From: Pristiophorus japonicus
Taxonomy: Eukaryota
Length of the DNA: 64,000 bases
NCBI RefSeq assembly: GCF_044704955.1
Contig: NC_091982.1
Coordinates: 23,746,001-23,810,000 of the forward strand
Reading direction: 5' to 3'
In this document: piece by piece, positions 1 to 13,360 of the stretch
Layout: every line of letters starts with the position of its first letter
Position numbering within the stretch: the stretch's first letter is position 1
Made by a program: the position numbers and the translations under genes
The notes under the pieces: model-generated
Seen by the model: only the letters and a program-made list of their open reading frames with translations
Database searches by the model: none
Told to the model about the DNA's origin: nothing

Positions 1-2389
1 CATCGTTACCCTGCTGTAACACACCCCGTAGGATGACGCATCGCATGTTAAGACCAGTTTTTTACAGGGTTCATACAAAGTCAACAGTTTGTTGGAACAA
101 GCAGGTTCCTTGCCTTATTGAAAGCCCGTTCATGACAATCCCCCCAAAACCATTCACAACCTTTATGCAGGAGCATGTGTAACGGCTCCAACAATGTGCT
201 TAAGTTCGGCAGAAAGTTCCCAAAATAGTTCAAAGGTCCCAGGAATGATCGCAACTCCAACGTGTTGCCGGGCCTGGGCGCCCGGCGATCGCCTCCGTTT
301 TTGATTCAGTGGGCCGGATCCCGTGTGCGGCAACCCTCCTGCCCAAAAACTCGACCTCTGGGTCCAAAAACACACACTTGGCCTTTTTCAGCCGCAAGCC
401 TACCCGATCCAATCGGCGTAGCACCTCCCCCAGGTTGTGGAGGTGTTCTTCGATGTCTCGACCCGTTTTGAGAATTTCGTCTTGGAATACGATCTATCCA
501 GGAATGGATTTGAGCATGCTTTCCATGTTTCTCTGAAAGATGGCTGCTGCCGAACGAATGCCAAATAGACACCTGTTGTGCGTCGTGATGGTGGTCAGAA
601 GCTTGGATTCTTCAGCCAGTTCCTGAGTCATGTCGGCCGAAGTGAGGTCCAACTTCATGAACAGCTTGCCACCTGCCAGCGTGGTAAAAAGGTCCTCCGC
701 TCTCGGAAGCAGGTATTGGTCTTGCAGCAATACTCGGTTGATGGTGGCTTTGTAGTCGCCACAAATCCTAACCGAGCCATCTGCTTTGAGGACGGGAATG
801 ATGGGACTTGCCCAGTCACTGAATTCAACGGCCGAAATTATGCCCTCTCCGAGCACATTCAATTTTTTCACGCATCACATTCGGCACTGCTCTGGCTTTG
901 TGGTGCACTGGTCTGACGTCCGGAGTGAAGCGTATCACTACTTCAGTGCCCTTGAACGTTCCGACACCAGGTTGAAACAGTAACCCGAATTTTTGCAGGA
1001 CCTGTGAGCATGAACTTTGCTCCACGGATGAAATGGCGTGCACATCCCCCCATTTCCAATTCATCTCAGCTAACCAACTCCTCCGCAAAAGCGCGGGGCC
1101 ATTTCCCGGAACGATCCAGAGTGGCAGCTGGGATGATCTCTTTGGTGTACGTCCGTAGCTGCGTCTCAATGCGGTCCAGTTTGGGACTGCTAGCTCTGTG
1201 TGGCCATAGTCTCTTAAATTGTTGGGTGCTCATGAGTGACTGGCTAGCTCCCGTATCCAGCTCCATGTGCACCGGGATGCCATTCAGTAAGACTTTCATC
1301 ATCAAGGGTGGTGTTTTTGTGTATGAGCTGTGGATGTCAGCCACATGAACCTGCTGAACTTCAGCATCTATGGCTTTACCCCAGGTCTCATCCTGCATTG
1401 CAGACCCCTCGTCTGGTTCCTCTGTCTCGCAGATTAGCCTCACTACTGCCTTTTTGCACATCCTGGCCAAGTGTCCACTGACATTACAAATCCTACAGGT
1501 ATATTGCTGGAACCTGCAGCTTTTCACAGTGTGTCTACCCCCGCACCTCCAGCATAAGCTGAGGTTGAGATTGCTGTTAACAACAGGACTATTACCAGGC
1601 ATTCCCCTCTGATTGCCTATTTGGCTGTTTCTAAGCACTGATGGTGGGTGTTAATGGTCCCATCGCGGGACGCATTGTTCCTTGAGATGGCGTGAATTGC
1701 CGATCCCCTTTCCATTGTCCTTGTTGCGGGCCCACCCTAGAGCCCGTTGCTGCCCGGGCGGTTTCAAAATGCCCTTGCCTGCCTGCGGGGTCCCGAGCCG
1801 CATTCACCATGTTAACTCCCTGGTCCGTCGCCACGTTTGGACCAGGGCTTCGCGCGTAAACTAGCTTGGTCTCCTCTTCCCCTGCCATAAAGATCTGAGC
1901 TATCAACGCCACCCCTTCTAAAGTCAAGTCTTTAGTCTTTATGAGCTTCCTGAAAATGCCGGCATGATTAATGCCCTCGATGAAGAAGTCCCTTAACATA
2001 TCCCCCCCGCAGGCATCGGAGAATTTAGAGACTGGCCAAGCGCCGCAGTTCTGCCACGAAGTCCGAGACATTTTGTCCCTCCCGACACCGGTGAGAGTAG
2101 AACCAGTGCCAGGCCATGTGTACGCTACTCGCCAGCTTGAGATGCTCACTGATCAGCTGGCTGAGCTCTTCAAAGGACTTGTCCGCTGGTTTTTGGGGTG
2201 CGAGCAGATCTTTCATCAGCGCATATGTCTGTGGTCCACAGCTGGTCAGTAGATGCGCCCTCCGCTTGTCTTGTCAGCCGCTGTCTCTTCCAGCCAGTCC
2301 TTTGTGACAAAGCTCTGCTGAAGTCTTTTCACGAAGTCGTCCCAGTCCTCACCCACACAGTAACATTCCTCTGTGCCACCGGTGACCAT
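1..2389 (-). pseudogene. gag-pol: gag-pol of element A, frameshifted and partly deleted
   Basis: ATG at 2389 (MVTGGTEECYCVGEDWDDFV). Domains are spread over ORFs 2025-2216, 1631-2149, 1066-1638, 825-1169, 494-871 and 230-424 in different frames. Confidence 0.9.
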
Positions 2390-2426
2390 CCTCGTGGTTC
2401 GGTGATTCCCGTTTCTCGTCGCCAAA

Positions 2427-2695
2427 TGTAGTGTCCCTGCACCTTACTACAAACTCACACGAGGCATATATATATATCAGACACGGTCACTCTGTGACCT
2501 TCACCTTTATTCCCAGGACCGAGGAGTGCTGACCCTGGGTGGGACCTCCCATTTTATACCTGGAAACCCAGGTATGGCGTGTCTCCCGCAAGTTCACCCC
2601 CTGTGATCAGGGTGTGCATTTCTAGGGTACAGGTACAGTGTACATGAGTTGCAGTTACATGACGATGTCATTGCAAGATGGTTAAATACATGAAA
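2427..2695 (-). repeat. 5' LTR of element A
   Basis: Adjoins the PBS; TATAAAA and AATAAA on the minus strand; clearly homologous to the LTR at 63817-64000. Confidence 0.9.
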
Positions 2696-2919
2696 ATATC
2701 TACCGCTGTTCCAAGGACTGCTCCGACAGGTTTTTCCTCTGCGTTTTTTTTTGCTTCCATCTACGGATGACCGCTGAGCCAAATATCAGTCTTGCATGCT
2801 GGCGGTCCACTCCCCAGTGGTATTTCAAAACCGGCGCACAAGACTTCAAGAAACTTCCCGCCTTAAACGGCGTAACACCGTTGAAAAAAACGGCGGAAGG
2901 TTGTGAAATTTCCAGCCCC
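2696..2919. mobile_element. PIF/Harbinger-like MITE, one end (interrupted by element A)
   Basis: CpG-rich segment ending GAAATTTCCAGCCC, similar to the TIRs of complete MITEs elsewhere in the window. Confidence 0.55.
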
Positions 2920-3529
2920 ATGAATCATACTGAAATAGCTAAGGATGAAGCTGAAAGAGACCTAGGAGTCTTGGTAGACGATGCTAACCATGCCCAATTA
3001 ATGCAGAAAACTACAAAGCCAGTAGGACGTTGAAGTACCTACAATAGAATACAAGTTAAAGGGCGTAATGATCATAACTGTTCCCCGGAGGCGACAAACC
3101 ACAATGCTGCTTATTGAAGAGATCTGCTTAAAGAGGCAATGGTTCAATAATGAGGCATTGCAGAAACTCTTGCGTCTAGATACAATCAGACCTGTAAACA
3201 TCTTCAAATGCAAAACATAAACAAGAACAGATATACTTTTGAAGTCCAATGTTCAGAAGTATTCCAATTCTTTTGGGTTTTGAATTTGAGAGGCTGTTCA
3301 GAGTTCGAGTGGCAACAGGACAGAGTTTCTGTCATGCTGCGCACATTATTATTTATAGTGGCTTATTTGTTTCCCATGCAAATTTATAGTTATAACCACG
3401 ACTCCCTTTTCTCACTGTGTTTCTCCTGGTGCCTGTCAGTGAAGTTCTCAATCCTATTCTGGTGCTCTACTTAGATATAACCTCAGGCCAAGGATATTTG
3501 AAATGTTTGGCTGTGCTGTGGTATCATGA

Positions 3530-4039
3530 ACCTCTCAGGCCGGCCGAGCAAGTGAAAATCCCGAGCTAAACAGCAGGCCTCAGAGCGCTGTAATAGGCCC
3601 GGGGTGTGTTGAGGGGGCGGGGGGGGGAGGGGGGGTAGAACCTGAAAAAAACACCAAAAGCATTCCCAAGAAATAACTCACGCTACCACAACATAAATCG
3701 CAAAAAAAAAAATCAATCATACTTACCTGAGGTCAACGTTACTTACTTCACTGCAGCCCCTATAGCTCAGACCGCCCGCTTTCACAGGCGGTTCCAGCAG
3801 AGCACACTACGGAGCGCTAAGGGTTGGGCGGCAGCCAAAAATCAAGCTGGTGTCGCAATCAGGGGCGTTGCACACCGGCTTGTCTCTTCCAGGCAGTAAT
3901 GCTCCACGCCCCGTCAAAACTGGCACCGAATGTCCCGGCGGGGTGCAGGAAGCTGGCCACCAGCCCAGAAGTGCTTACCGCTGCCATTGCCTGCCCTCCA
4001 GGCGCAAACAGGGACGGCAGAAGACCAGAAATCCAGCCC
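3530..4039. mobile_element. PIF/Harbinger-like MITE, partial
   Basis: GC-rich, ends CCAGAAATCCAGCCC; interior (G-run, A-runs, ACTTACC motifs) resembles MITE 48615-49160. Confidence 0.55.
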
Positions 4040-4544
4040 AGGCTGCCTTACTTTTGCTGTTCTGGTGAGGTCATTAAATTTCTTTAACTCTCAGCAGCTG
4101 TGTTCGGCATCTGGTGCTGGCCTTGCCAGGCACACAACACAAAGGAGCAGCATGCCCAGAAGAGGGCCTAAAAAGTAATTTTGATTTTTGATACAAAGGT
4201 TTCCTTGTGGTCCAGGAGTAGCTTGAGAGGTCTGTTGGGACCCACAAGGGAACCTAGGTACCCAGGCTTTCCTCTCCTGACTACAGTCATCAATACCTCC
4301 ACACCACATACTTTAATACCAGGGACCGTTTCTCTGCATTCCTTGCCACGGCCTTCCGCTGCACTCGCCCAATTTCTGCCCACCAGCCCCGCCATTGACA
4401 CTGGGAGTTAGGCTTGGTCAATTTAAATGAGTGCCAGGAGTTGAAATGGTCCCTGTCTGATGTAGGTGAGATGGAGCGAGCCTGTACTTGCCCCTGCTGC
4501 ACTCACTCTGAGTTAAAATAGGTTTTTAAGTATTCAAAGGAATT

Positions 4545-4700
4545 AGGGAAAATATTAGAAATACACAGTAGGTCAATCAGCATCTGGAAAGAGAAACTAT
4601 ATTAATGGTTCAGTTACAGCCTTTATCAGAACTGCGACTCCAGAAACTACTTTCGATGTTTGTTTCAGATTTTCACCATTTGTATTGTTTTCTTTTATCA
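4545..4700. mobile_element. Degenerate Penelope-like inverted-repeat relic
   Basis: Diverged match to the motif GAAAATGCTGGAAAT..CAGCAGGTCA..CAGCATC seen at 49751-49894 and 51930-52075. Confidence 0.45.
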
Positions 4701-5388
4701 ATACAAGGGAATGATTTTTGTATGGAAAGACATTGGAATATTTAGATTTTGTTGCAGCTAAAAAATATTTGGGTGTTTTTAAATTTACATGTATCACATG
4801 AACCAATATTTTGTGCAATCAAAATCTAAAACATTAGATTTGATATAACACAAAGTCCAATTTTGCAAAGCAAGCTTGCGTTCGATATGATCATGCTGTG
4901 TTTCTTTATTAATGAAGTGTTTGCACCTCGGCAAATTGAGAAAATGTCAGGTTCCGCATTATCAAGTTCAATCGGCCTGAGACAGCTTAAAAAGTGGATT
5001 TAATCTAAGTCAGCATCTTAATTAGATTCATCACTCTTATTCTAATCTCTGAAAAATCTCTTTGTTAAAAAGATTTGTCAAATTGAACTCTATTTTGCCA
5101 GTCCATGTTAAGAACTGCTTCTGCAAGGTGCATTCTATCTTACTGGCTCTGTCTAGTTTTAATTTATATTTTTTGTTGTCAAGTGTGCTGTGAACAAGCA
5201 ATATATTTTTGCATACAATGGAATCAATCACTGCTGCTCTTGTGATGTCACATCAATAGATGCTATTGTTCCCATGACAATTAAAGCATTACTTTGCATA
5301 GTAGTTAAAATATAACTTTGTGTCAAAGGACTGAGAAAAAGCAAAGCCAGGCGTAGCTTGCGCAGAACTCATTAAGCAGCAACTTATT

Positions 5389-6775
5389 GGGCCAGAAATT
5401 GTGGTTGGACACCTCCCACCAAAAATGTTTTCTGAAAATTACCTGGTGGTCCCGCAGGAACTAACACTTCTGCTCCAAGGCCTAGATGTGCAGCCCAGCG
5501 CAGAGGCCAACGCATCCCAAGAGAGTAAGCGCATCCTGGGATCAATTGGGTCTGAACCATCAATGAACATGGAGTATTCTCATGGATGGTAATGGTGAGT
5601 TCCGTTTGTACAGATCTCTGATTACTATCAATGAGAATACTCTCAAAAACACAGAAACGCAATACATAAATTTAAAAAAAACACCTCGCATATTTAAAAT
5701 TAATTGAAATTAGAATTAAATGTTTAAGAAAAAAAATTATCTTTTTGAATTTTTGTTTTATATGTTTTAATAGGGTTAAAAATAAACTTACCTTAAAGGA
5801 CAGGGTTTTTAATATAATAATTACTGATAACATTTAATGTTTCTATCTTTTAAAACTCTTACGCTGGTAAAATCAGGCCTTATGCCTGCTTTAGCCAGGT
5901 GTGAGAGTTGTGGAAATGTATTTTTATCTAAGCTGATACCTCAAGGTATTTTTGTGCCCTTTGCAATATATAACAAAATGGAGTCCTGGTCCTTCCAGAA
6001 ATTTCTGCATAAAGCAGTTAGCTTGCATAAACAGCTAAACCTGGCTTGAAATGGCTGATAGCCACCAGACAGCTAGGAGACAAGTCCTGTTGAAGACAAG
6101 TACCACCCATGGTGCTCTCCTATTGTCTATATGACACCAGTTCCACTCCACCCCACCCTTTTCAAAGTACTCAAACCACCAGCCATTATCTCTTGTAGAG
6201 ACCTCATCCATTTGATGCAAAAAGATAACTGACCAGGAAACTGGACCATCCTGACACAATGCAAGGCAGGTAATAGCTCATTATCACACTCTCATCGAGT
6301 GATGGCTGGCTGGCCAACTAATAACCCTGACAAAAGGAAATATCTGGAAACCATGTCAGGACAAGGATGTAGTAATCAACTCTTTATCTGTATTCACTGA
6401 CTGCGAGACAGAGCCAATACACAGGGAGAGGCCATAACTTGGGTTTTACTGTATAAATATCTCGTGAAATTGTACCATTGCGGAGGTGTTCACTTAGCCA
6501 TTGACTGAGTGTGACCTTTCCCTTACTAGCAAGTAAATTAAAGAAACTTCTGCTGGAGCTGAAGGTGTCTGAGTCGTTTTAAGGATGTTCGCTGGGCAGG
6601 ATTCGGGCAAATAGCTCAAATTTCCGCCCATGAAGGCCCTTCTCCCAGGGATGCGGCGATCTGTCAAAAGATCGCAAGTGGTGTGTAGCGCATGCGCCTA
6701 AACCCGGAACCTGCGGGGCCTCTTCGGGCGCGTGTGCACATCATACGCACCCGGAGAGGCTGCAATTTACGGCCC
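5389..6775. mobile_element. PIF/Harbinger-like MITE interrupted by an LTR
   Basis: TIRs GGGCCAGAAATTG / CAATTTACGGCCC with flanks ATT/AAT. Interior is homologous in reverse to MITE 22564-23284 on both sides of the insertion. Confidence 0.75.
5909..6576 (+). mobile_element. LTR, 3'-truncated (ERV- or Gypsy-type)
   Basis: Insertion that splits the MITE; starts TG, TATAAA near 6453, ATTAAA near 6537; no terminal CA or clean TSD. Confidence 0.55.
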
Positions 6776-7218
6776 AATACCCCGTTGTTATAGTTGAATA
6801 GAAATGTTTGGGCTGGCTAAACACCATCTCCTTTCTGCTGTATAGAAAAATACACAATTTCTGACTAGCTTTATTTTGTCATAAAGGTCAGCTCCTATTT
6901 TGCTTTAAATTAATAGTTAGTGATAGCATTACTATAAATGCTACACTTTCTCTCTCATGCTATCCATCAAACGGAAACCTGGGTAGCAATTCTTTTTTGC
7001 TCATCCAGAATACTTAACCATTTTGAAATCAAATTACTGAAATCTATAAATGTAGTTTCCAATTGCCTTTTATAGATTACACACATTCTTCTGTGGGGAT
7101 TCAGCTCTTTTACCTAAATCCGGAGTACTTAGTCGCAGGTTGGGAATAGTCAAAGCTGAGGATCCTGGGGATACTACTCAGTTCAATCAGCGGAAACTCT
7201 GCAAGCTTGTCAGTGTGT

Positions 7219-7290
7219 GTGATGGCGGTATTGTGGTGAACATAGCTGCCTTCCAAGCAGTTAACCCGGGTTCGATTCCCGGCCATCGCA
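7219..7290 (+). tRNA. tRNA-Gly-TCC: tRNA-Gly(TCC), variant copy or possible pseudogene
   Basis: 72 nt. Acceptor stem GTGATGG/CCATCGC, anticodon arm GCTGC-CTTCCAA-GCAGT, T arm CCGGG-TTCGATT-CCCGG; close to vertebrate tRNA-Gly-TCC. Confidence 0.93.
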
Positions 7291-7300
7291 ACCGATGTAA

Positions 7301-7304
7301 TTTT
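7301..7304 (+). terminator. Pol III T-run terminator of the tRNA gene
   Basis: TTTT 10 nt downstream of the tRNA 3' end. Confidence 0.6.
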
Positions 7305-7699
7305 AATATCCCTGTCAGATCAGAATTGACTTGTGAACTTGTAACAGCAGCAGAGCTTTAATAAGCTTACTGCTGCTCGTCAAACTGGGACCACCCTATC
7401 TGTTACGACATTGATTTGTAGAGTTATTTAGAGGCAAGACATTGGAATCCCAGACTGGCGAGTTAATCAACAATAGCACCGTGTAATTCTGCAGACCTGT
7501 CTCAAGAATCATAACCAAGTTTGATGGAGAGGATCGACTTGCTTCCAATCTCTCATTGACAGAATATGAATGGGGATTTCCAGTGCGACAAACTATTTTA
7601 TTTTACATTAAAAAATTCCCTTACTTCCATATTCTCCCTTTCCTTCTTGCATGTTTACTTTATCTGCCACCTTGCTGATGCTTACACACTAGTGGTAAT

Positions 7700-7803
7700 C
7701 ACGGGGGAGTTGGACTAGCTGAAGCACTCTTGCAGAGAGCAGGCACGGGCTTGACGAGCCGAATGGCCTCCTTCTATGTTGTAACCATTCTATGATTCTG
7801 TGC
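7700..7803 (+). mobile_element. CR1 LINE 3' tail fragment
   Basis: GCCGAATGGCCTCCTTCT followed by ATTCTATG-type tail repeats. Confidence 0.75.
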
Positions 7804-7999
7804 TATATCTTTTTCATACACCTCATTCTCTCACTGCCAGGTGGATAATTAGAGGAATTGGTGGCAAGAAAGTCATAGGCAGCCAAGCAGGAGTTTAACA
7901 ACTGGAAGGCGGTGGAGACGTGGGAGTCAAGAGCCTTGCCAACAAGATACACTGAATAAACAGCCAAACCAATGACAACAGGAACAAACACAGATACAA

Positions 8000-8432
8000 A
8001 GTGGACAAAATTCAGCCTCCCAAAAAGGCCACTTACTGTCATAAAGCGGCGGCCAGGCAGCGGAGCTGAGCGGTCCCAATTTCCAGTCCAATGGTGGCCA
8101 TGATCGAAATTCAGCTCCGGGGTTTTGCTGGCGGTCCCCACTTTCGCCCCGTTGCTGCCGACCGTCCGAAGCACATCATCAAAGCATGCACCGCCGCTCT
8201 CCCGCACCTCCATGGCACCCCTGTAAAATTTAGCTGGAAAAATCATAGATCTGCTGTACGGTGGCCCCAACAGCTTTTTCTGTCGGTGCACCTTCCTTTC
8301 ACTGTGTGAGCCACGGCAGCACGGCAGCCCTTCAAGGGGAGGTCACACTGCTGCGACCGCCATGGTCTTGTTTTGCCGGCCGACTTCCCGATCGGCTGGA
8401 CAATTATGCCGCCTGGTTAAGCCGGGCTGCCA
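8000..8432. mobile_element. Harbinger-like MITE fragment
   Basis: CpG-rich, with CCCTTCAAGGGGA and ACATCATC motifs shared with MITEs 43668-44350 and 54963-55386. Confidence 0.5.
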
Positions 8433-8439
8433 TCATTAT

Positions 8440-11400
8440 CATCATAGGTACCAACGATATAGGTAAAAAAACGGGAAGAGGTCCTACAAGACTAATTTAG
8501 GGAGCTAGGAGCTAAATTAAAAAGTAGGACCTCAAAAGTAGTAATCTCAGGATTGCTACCAGTGCCACGTGCTAGTCAGAGTAGGAATCACAGGATAGCT
8601 CAGATGAATACGTGGCTTGAGGAGTGGTGCAGAAGGGAGGGATTCAAATTCCTGGGACATTGGAACCGGTTCTGGGGGAGGTGGGACCAGTACAAACCGG
8701 ACGGTCTGCACCTGGGCAGGACTGGAACCAATGTCCGAGGGGGAGTGTTTGCTCGTGCTGTTCAGGAGGGCTTAAATTAATATGGCAGGGGGATGGGAAC
8801 CTATGCAGGGAGACAGAGGGAAGTAGAATTGGGGCAGAAGCAAAAGATAGAAAGAAGAAAAGTAAAAGTGGAGGGCAGAAAAACCCAAAGCAAAAAGGGA
8901 CACATTACAGCAAAATTCTAAAGGGGCAAAGTGTGTTAAAAAGACAAGCCTGAAGGCTCTGTGCCTCAATGCGAGGAGTATTCGTAATAAGGTGGACGAA
9001 TTAACTGCGCAGATAGCAGTTAACGGATATGATATAATTGGCATCACGGAGAAATGGCTCCAGGGTGACCAAGGCTGGGAACTCAACATCCAGGGGTATT
9101 CAACATTCAGGAAGGGTAGACAGAAAGGAAAAGGATATGGGGTGGTGTTGTTGTTTAAAGAGGAAATTAACGCAATAGTAAGGAAGGACATTAGCTTGGA
9201 TGATGTGGAATCGGTATGGGTCGAGCTACGCAATACCAAAGGGTAGAAAACGCTAGCGGGAGTTGTGTACAGACCACCAAACAATAGTAGTGAGATTGGG
9301 GACAGCATCAAACAAAAAATTAGGGATGCGTGCAATAAAGGTACAGCAGTTATCATGGGCGACTTTAATCTACATATTGATTGGGCTCACCAAACTGGTA
9401 GCAATGCGGTGTAAGAGGTTTTCCTGGTGTGTATTAAGGATGGTTTTCCAGACCAATATTTCGAGGAACCAACTAGAGGGCTGGCCATCCTAGACTGGGT
9501 GATGTGCAATGAGGAAGGACTAATTATTAATCTTGTTGTGCGAGGTTCCTTGGGGAAGAGTGAACATAATATGGTAGAATTCTTTATTAACATGGAGAGT
9601 GACACAGTTAATTCAGAGACTAGGGTCCTGAACTTAAGGAAAGGTAACTTCGACGGTATGAGACGTGAATTGGCTAGAATAGACTGGCGAGTGATACTTA
9701 AAGGGTTGACGGTGGATAGGCAATGGCAAATATTTAAAGATCACATGGATGAACTTCAACAATTGTACATCCCTGTCTGGAGTAAAAAATAAAACGGGGA
9801 AGGTGGCTCAACCGTGGCTCACAAGGGAAATTAAGGATAGTGTTAAATCCAAGGAAGAGGCATATAAATTGGCTAGAAAAAGCAGCAAACCTGAGGACTG
9901 GGAGAATTTTATAATACAGCAGAAGAGGACAAAGGGTTAATTAGGAGGGGGGAAATAGAGTATGAGAGGAAGCTTGATGGGAACATAAAAACTCACTGCA
10001 AAAGCTTTGATAGCTATGTGAAGAGAAAAAGCTTAGTGAAGGCAAATGTACATCCATCGCAGTCAGATTCAGGTGAATTTATAATGGGGAACAAAGAAAT
10101 GGTGGACTAGTTAAACAAATACTGTGGTTCTGTCTTCACGAAGGAAGATACAAATAACCTTCCGGAAATACTAGGGGATCGAGGGTCTGATGAGAAGGAG
10201 GAACTGAAGGAAATCCTTATTAGGCGGGAAAATGTGTTCGGTAAATTGATGGGATTGAAGACCGATAAATCCCCAAGGCCTGATAGTCTGCATCCCAGAG
10301 TACTTAAGGAAATAGCCCTAGAAATAGTGGATGCATTGGTGATCATTTTCCAACAGTCTATCGACTCTGGATCTGTTCTTATGGATTGGCGTGTAGCGAA
10401 TGTAACACCACATTTTAAGAAAGGAGGGAGAGAGAAAACGGGTAATTATAGACCGGTTAGCCTGATGTCGGTGGTGGGGAAAATGTTGGAATCAATTATT
10501 AAAGATGAAATAGCAGCGCATTTAGAAAGCAGTGACAGGATCGGTCCAAGTCAGCATGGATTTATGAAAGGGAAATCATGCTTGACAAAGCTTCTAGAAT
10601 TTTTTGAGGATGTAACTGGTAGAGTGGACAAGGGAGAACCAGTGGATGTGGTGTATTTGGACTTATGAAAGGCTTTTGACAAGGATCCACACAAGAGATT
10701 AGTGTGCAAAATTAAAGCAAATGGTATTCGGGGTAATGTACTGATGTGGATCGAGAACTGGTTGGCAGACAGGAAACAGAGAGTCGGGATATACGGGTCC
10801 TTTTCAGAATGGCAGGCAGTGACTAGTGGAGTACCGCAAGGTTCAGTGCTGGGACCCCAGCTATTTACAATATACATTAATGAATTAGATAAAGGAATTT
10901 AATGTAATATCTCCAAATTTGCAGATGACACTAAGCTGGGTAGCAATGTGAGCTGTGAGGATGATGCTAAGAGGCTGCAGAGTGACTTGGACAGGTTAGG
11001 TGAGTGGGCAAATGCATGGCAGATGCAGTTTAATGTAGATAAAAATGTGAGGTTATCCACTTTGGCGGCAAAAACAGGAAGGCAGAATATTATCTGAATG
11101 GTGACAGATTAGGAAAAGGGGAGATGCAACGAGACCTGGGTGTCATGGTACATCAGTCATTGAAAGTTGGCATGCAGGTACAGCAGGCAGTAAAGAAAGC
11201 AAATGGTATGTTGGCCTTCATAGCGAGGGGATTTGAATATAGGAGCAGGGAGGTCTTACTGCAGGCCTTGCTGAGACCACACCTTGAGTATTGTGTGCAG
11301 TCTTGGTCTCCTAATCTGAGGAAGGACATTCTTGCTATTGAGGCAGGACTGACATTTGAAGAAAGACTGGATCGACTAGGCTTATAATCACTGGAATTTA

Positions 11401-11805
11401 GAAGAATGAGAGGGGATCTCATAGAAACATCTAACATTCTGATGGGATTGGACAGGTTAGATGCAGGAAGAATGTTCCCGATGTTAGGGAAGTCAAGAAC
11501 CAGGGGTCACCGTCTAAGGATAAGTGGTAAGCCATTTCGGACCGAGATGAGGAGAAATTTCTTCACTCAGCGAATTGTGAACCTGTGGAATTCTCTACCA
11601 CAGAAAGTTGTTGAGGCCAGTTCATTAGATATATTCAAAAGGGAGTTAGATGTGGCTCTTACGGCTAAAGGGATCAAGGGGTATGGAGAGAAAGCAGAAA
11701 TGGGGTACTGAGGTTGAATGATCAGCCATGATCTTATTGAATGGTGGTGCAGGCTCGAAGGGCCGAATGGCCTACTCCTGCACTTATTTTCTATGTTTCT
11801 ATGCT
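8440..11805 (+). mobile_element. CR1 LINE, 5'-truncated within ORF1, degenerate
   Basis: ORF1 SGNH esterase motifs IGTND and DGLHL. ORF2 APE endonuclease (GITE, YRPP, GDFN) and RT ([25 protein letters not shown]). Tail TTTCTATGTTTCTATG. Many stops and frameshifts. Confidence 0.96.
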
Positions 11806-12994
11806 TCCATCCTTGTTGCAGCACCAAGCTCCCTGAGTGACCCTAGCTTTCACAGCTCTTTCTGTTTTTTTTAATACACAGTCTGACACCAGATACGTGC
11901 CTTTGTTTTTCAGGCCTCCAGGTGGAAGAGATGGCCAGTGTAGCTGCCACTCAAGCCTGCGTGGTTGTCGTTCCCTTTTGAAATTAGCTCCATGCAAAAA
12001 TAAATAAAAGATAAGTCATTCAAATTTTTATGGTGGGATTGTTTAATGAAAATTATTTTCATAAGTAACCACAGTCTGAAGCTTCTGGTCCACATCCTAA
12101 CATGGCTAATCCCTTTTTAAATCAAGCTTTAACTGAAAAGTACATTTCAACATAACTGCACATCCTTTCTGTGGAAATACTGAAGCATGACAACCATAAT
12201 TTGAGATCACCAAATGATGGTTGAGTTATTCACTCACAGTCAATCCATCTGAAAGTTTTTTGAAAGCATTTCACATACTCCCAAAACACAAAAAAGGATT
12301 TCTGATGAAATTGAAGTCAACATCTTGTGGTTTTTATCCATGACAGACATTATTTAATTGTGGTATCTATCACAGACTTTTTCAAGGCATTGCTCACCAA
12401 GCTCTCAAAATCTTTTCAGCTGGTCCATTAAGGTAGCCGGTAATCAAAATAATTCTGATGCCTCTGGCTGTGTGACTATAAAGTGGGTTTGTCTGTCTCC
12501 ACCCCTTCTCCAACAGCACAAAACAGAAATCCTGTAGCAATCCTCATGGTGGGGATTAAAATCTGCAGCCTTGTGCTCCACCAAACAAGCTGAACAGTGC
12601 ACACTGTAATGTTATTAGTATCTAACACTGTTGCTAAGTCATTACAACTGTGGTTCTTGTATAATATTTACTTATCCACCCTTTGGAACCAGTTGAAAAT
12701 GAAGCCTTTTGATTTTTATTGTCTTTCAAGCCCAAGTAATTAAGTCACATTAATTAAGTTTTTAACAACATTCTTCTGGACTGACTTCAAGTCCTAAATT
12801 CATTGATTTTAATCATTCTTTAAACTTGTATTGAACATGTTGGAAATGGATCATAGCTTAAGCAATTTTTAAAAAAAACAGTAGTTTTCCAGGATGTCAT
12901 CAGTCTAAGTTCATTTTTCTTTCTCGCTACAATTCTACATTTATACATTGAATCTGCAGATACAATGTTCTGTAAATGGTAAGGATGAGCCTTT

Positions 12995-13360
12995 CCAGTT
13001 TTCTCCCCTGAAGGCACTGACTGCTTTGCTGGTGCACAGTTCTGCAGTTGCTGGCAGATCTCCAGTACCTCATCCAAATAGTTATTCTTCAGGTGGTCCA
13101 TATTAACCACTCTACTAAACTATGGAGGGCATCGCAAATGAACCCAACCTCATTTTCAGCCCAATTTCACATGTTTACATTTTTCATCTTGGGTCACCGG
13201 GAAGCAATCAGGAATGGATACTGAGACCAGTAGTGACATTTCAGCTGCCATCCAGGCTGAGATCAATTAACTCAGACCGGGTTGGGAATCAAAATATCTT
13301 AAGACTTACTGGAACTAGAGCACTTCAAAAACAAGGCACAATTCACTGAGATAACTGAGC
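12995..13360 (-). mobile_element. Old SINE (DeuSINE/SacSINE1-like)
   Basis: Diverged mutual similarity with 21690-22035, 32490-32890 and 54390-54585; the family name is from recollection only. Confidence 0.45.

Larger units (their letters stand above)
1..2695 (-). mobile_element. Ty3/Gypsy (Mag-like) LTR retrotransposon A, degenerate; 3' part runs off the window start
   Basis: 5' LTR 2427-2695 and PBS TGGCGACGAG (2424-2415). Gag has twin zinc knuckles CWRCGGRH...C / CRICNVSGHLARMC. Protease ELDTGAS; RT motifs WASPII, RICGDYK, KLDL...FGIRSAAAIFQ. Confidence 0.95.

Noticed and set aside
3719-3729. U1 snRNA (ATACTTACCTG equals its 5' end)
   Set aside because: The match stops after 11 nt; it is the reverse complement of a splice donor inside a MITE.
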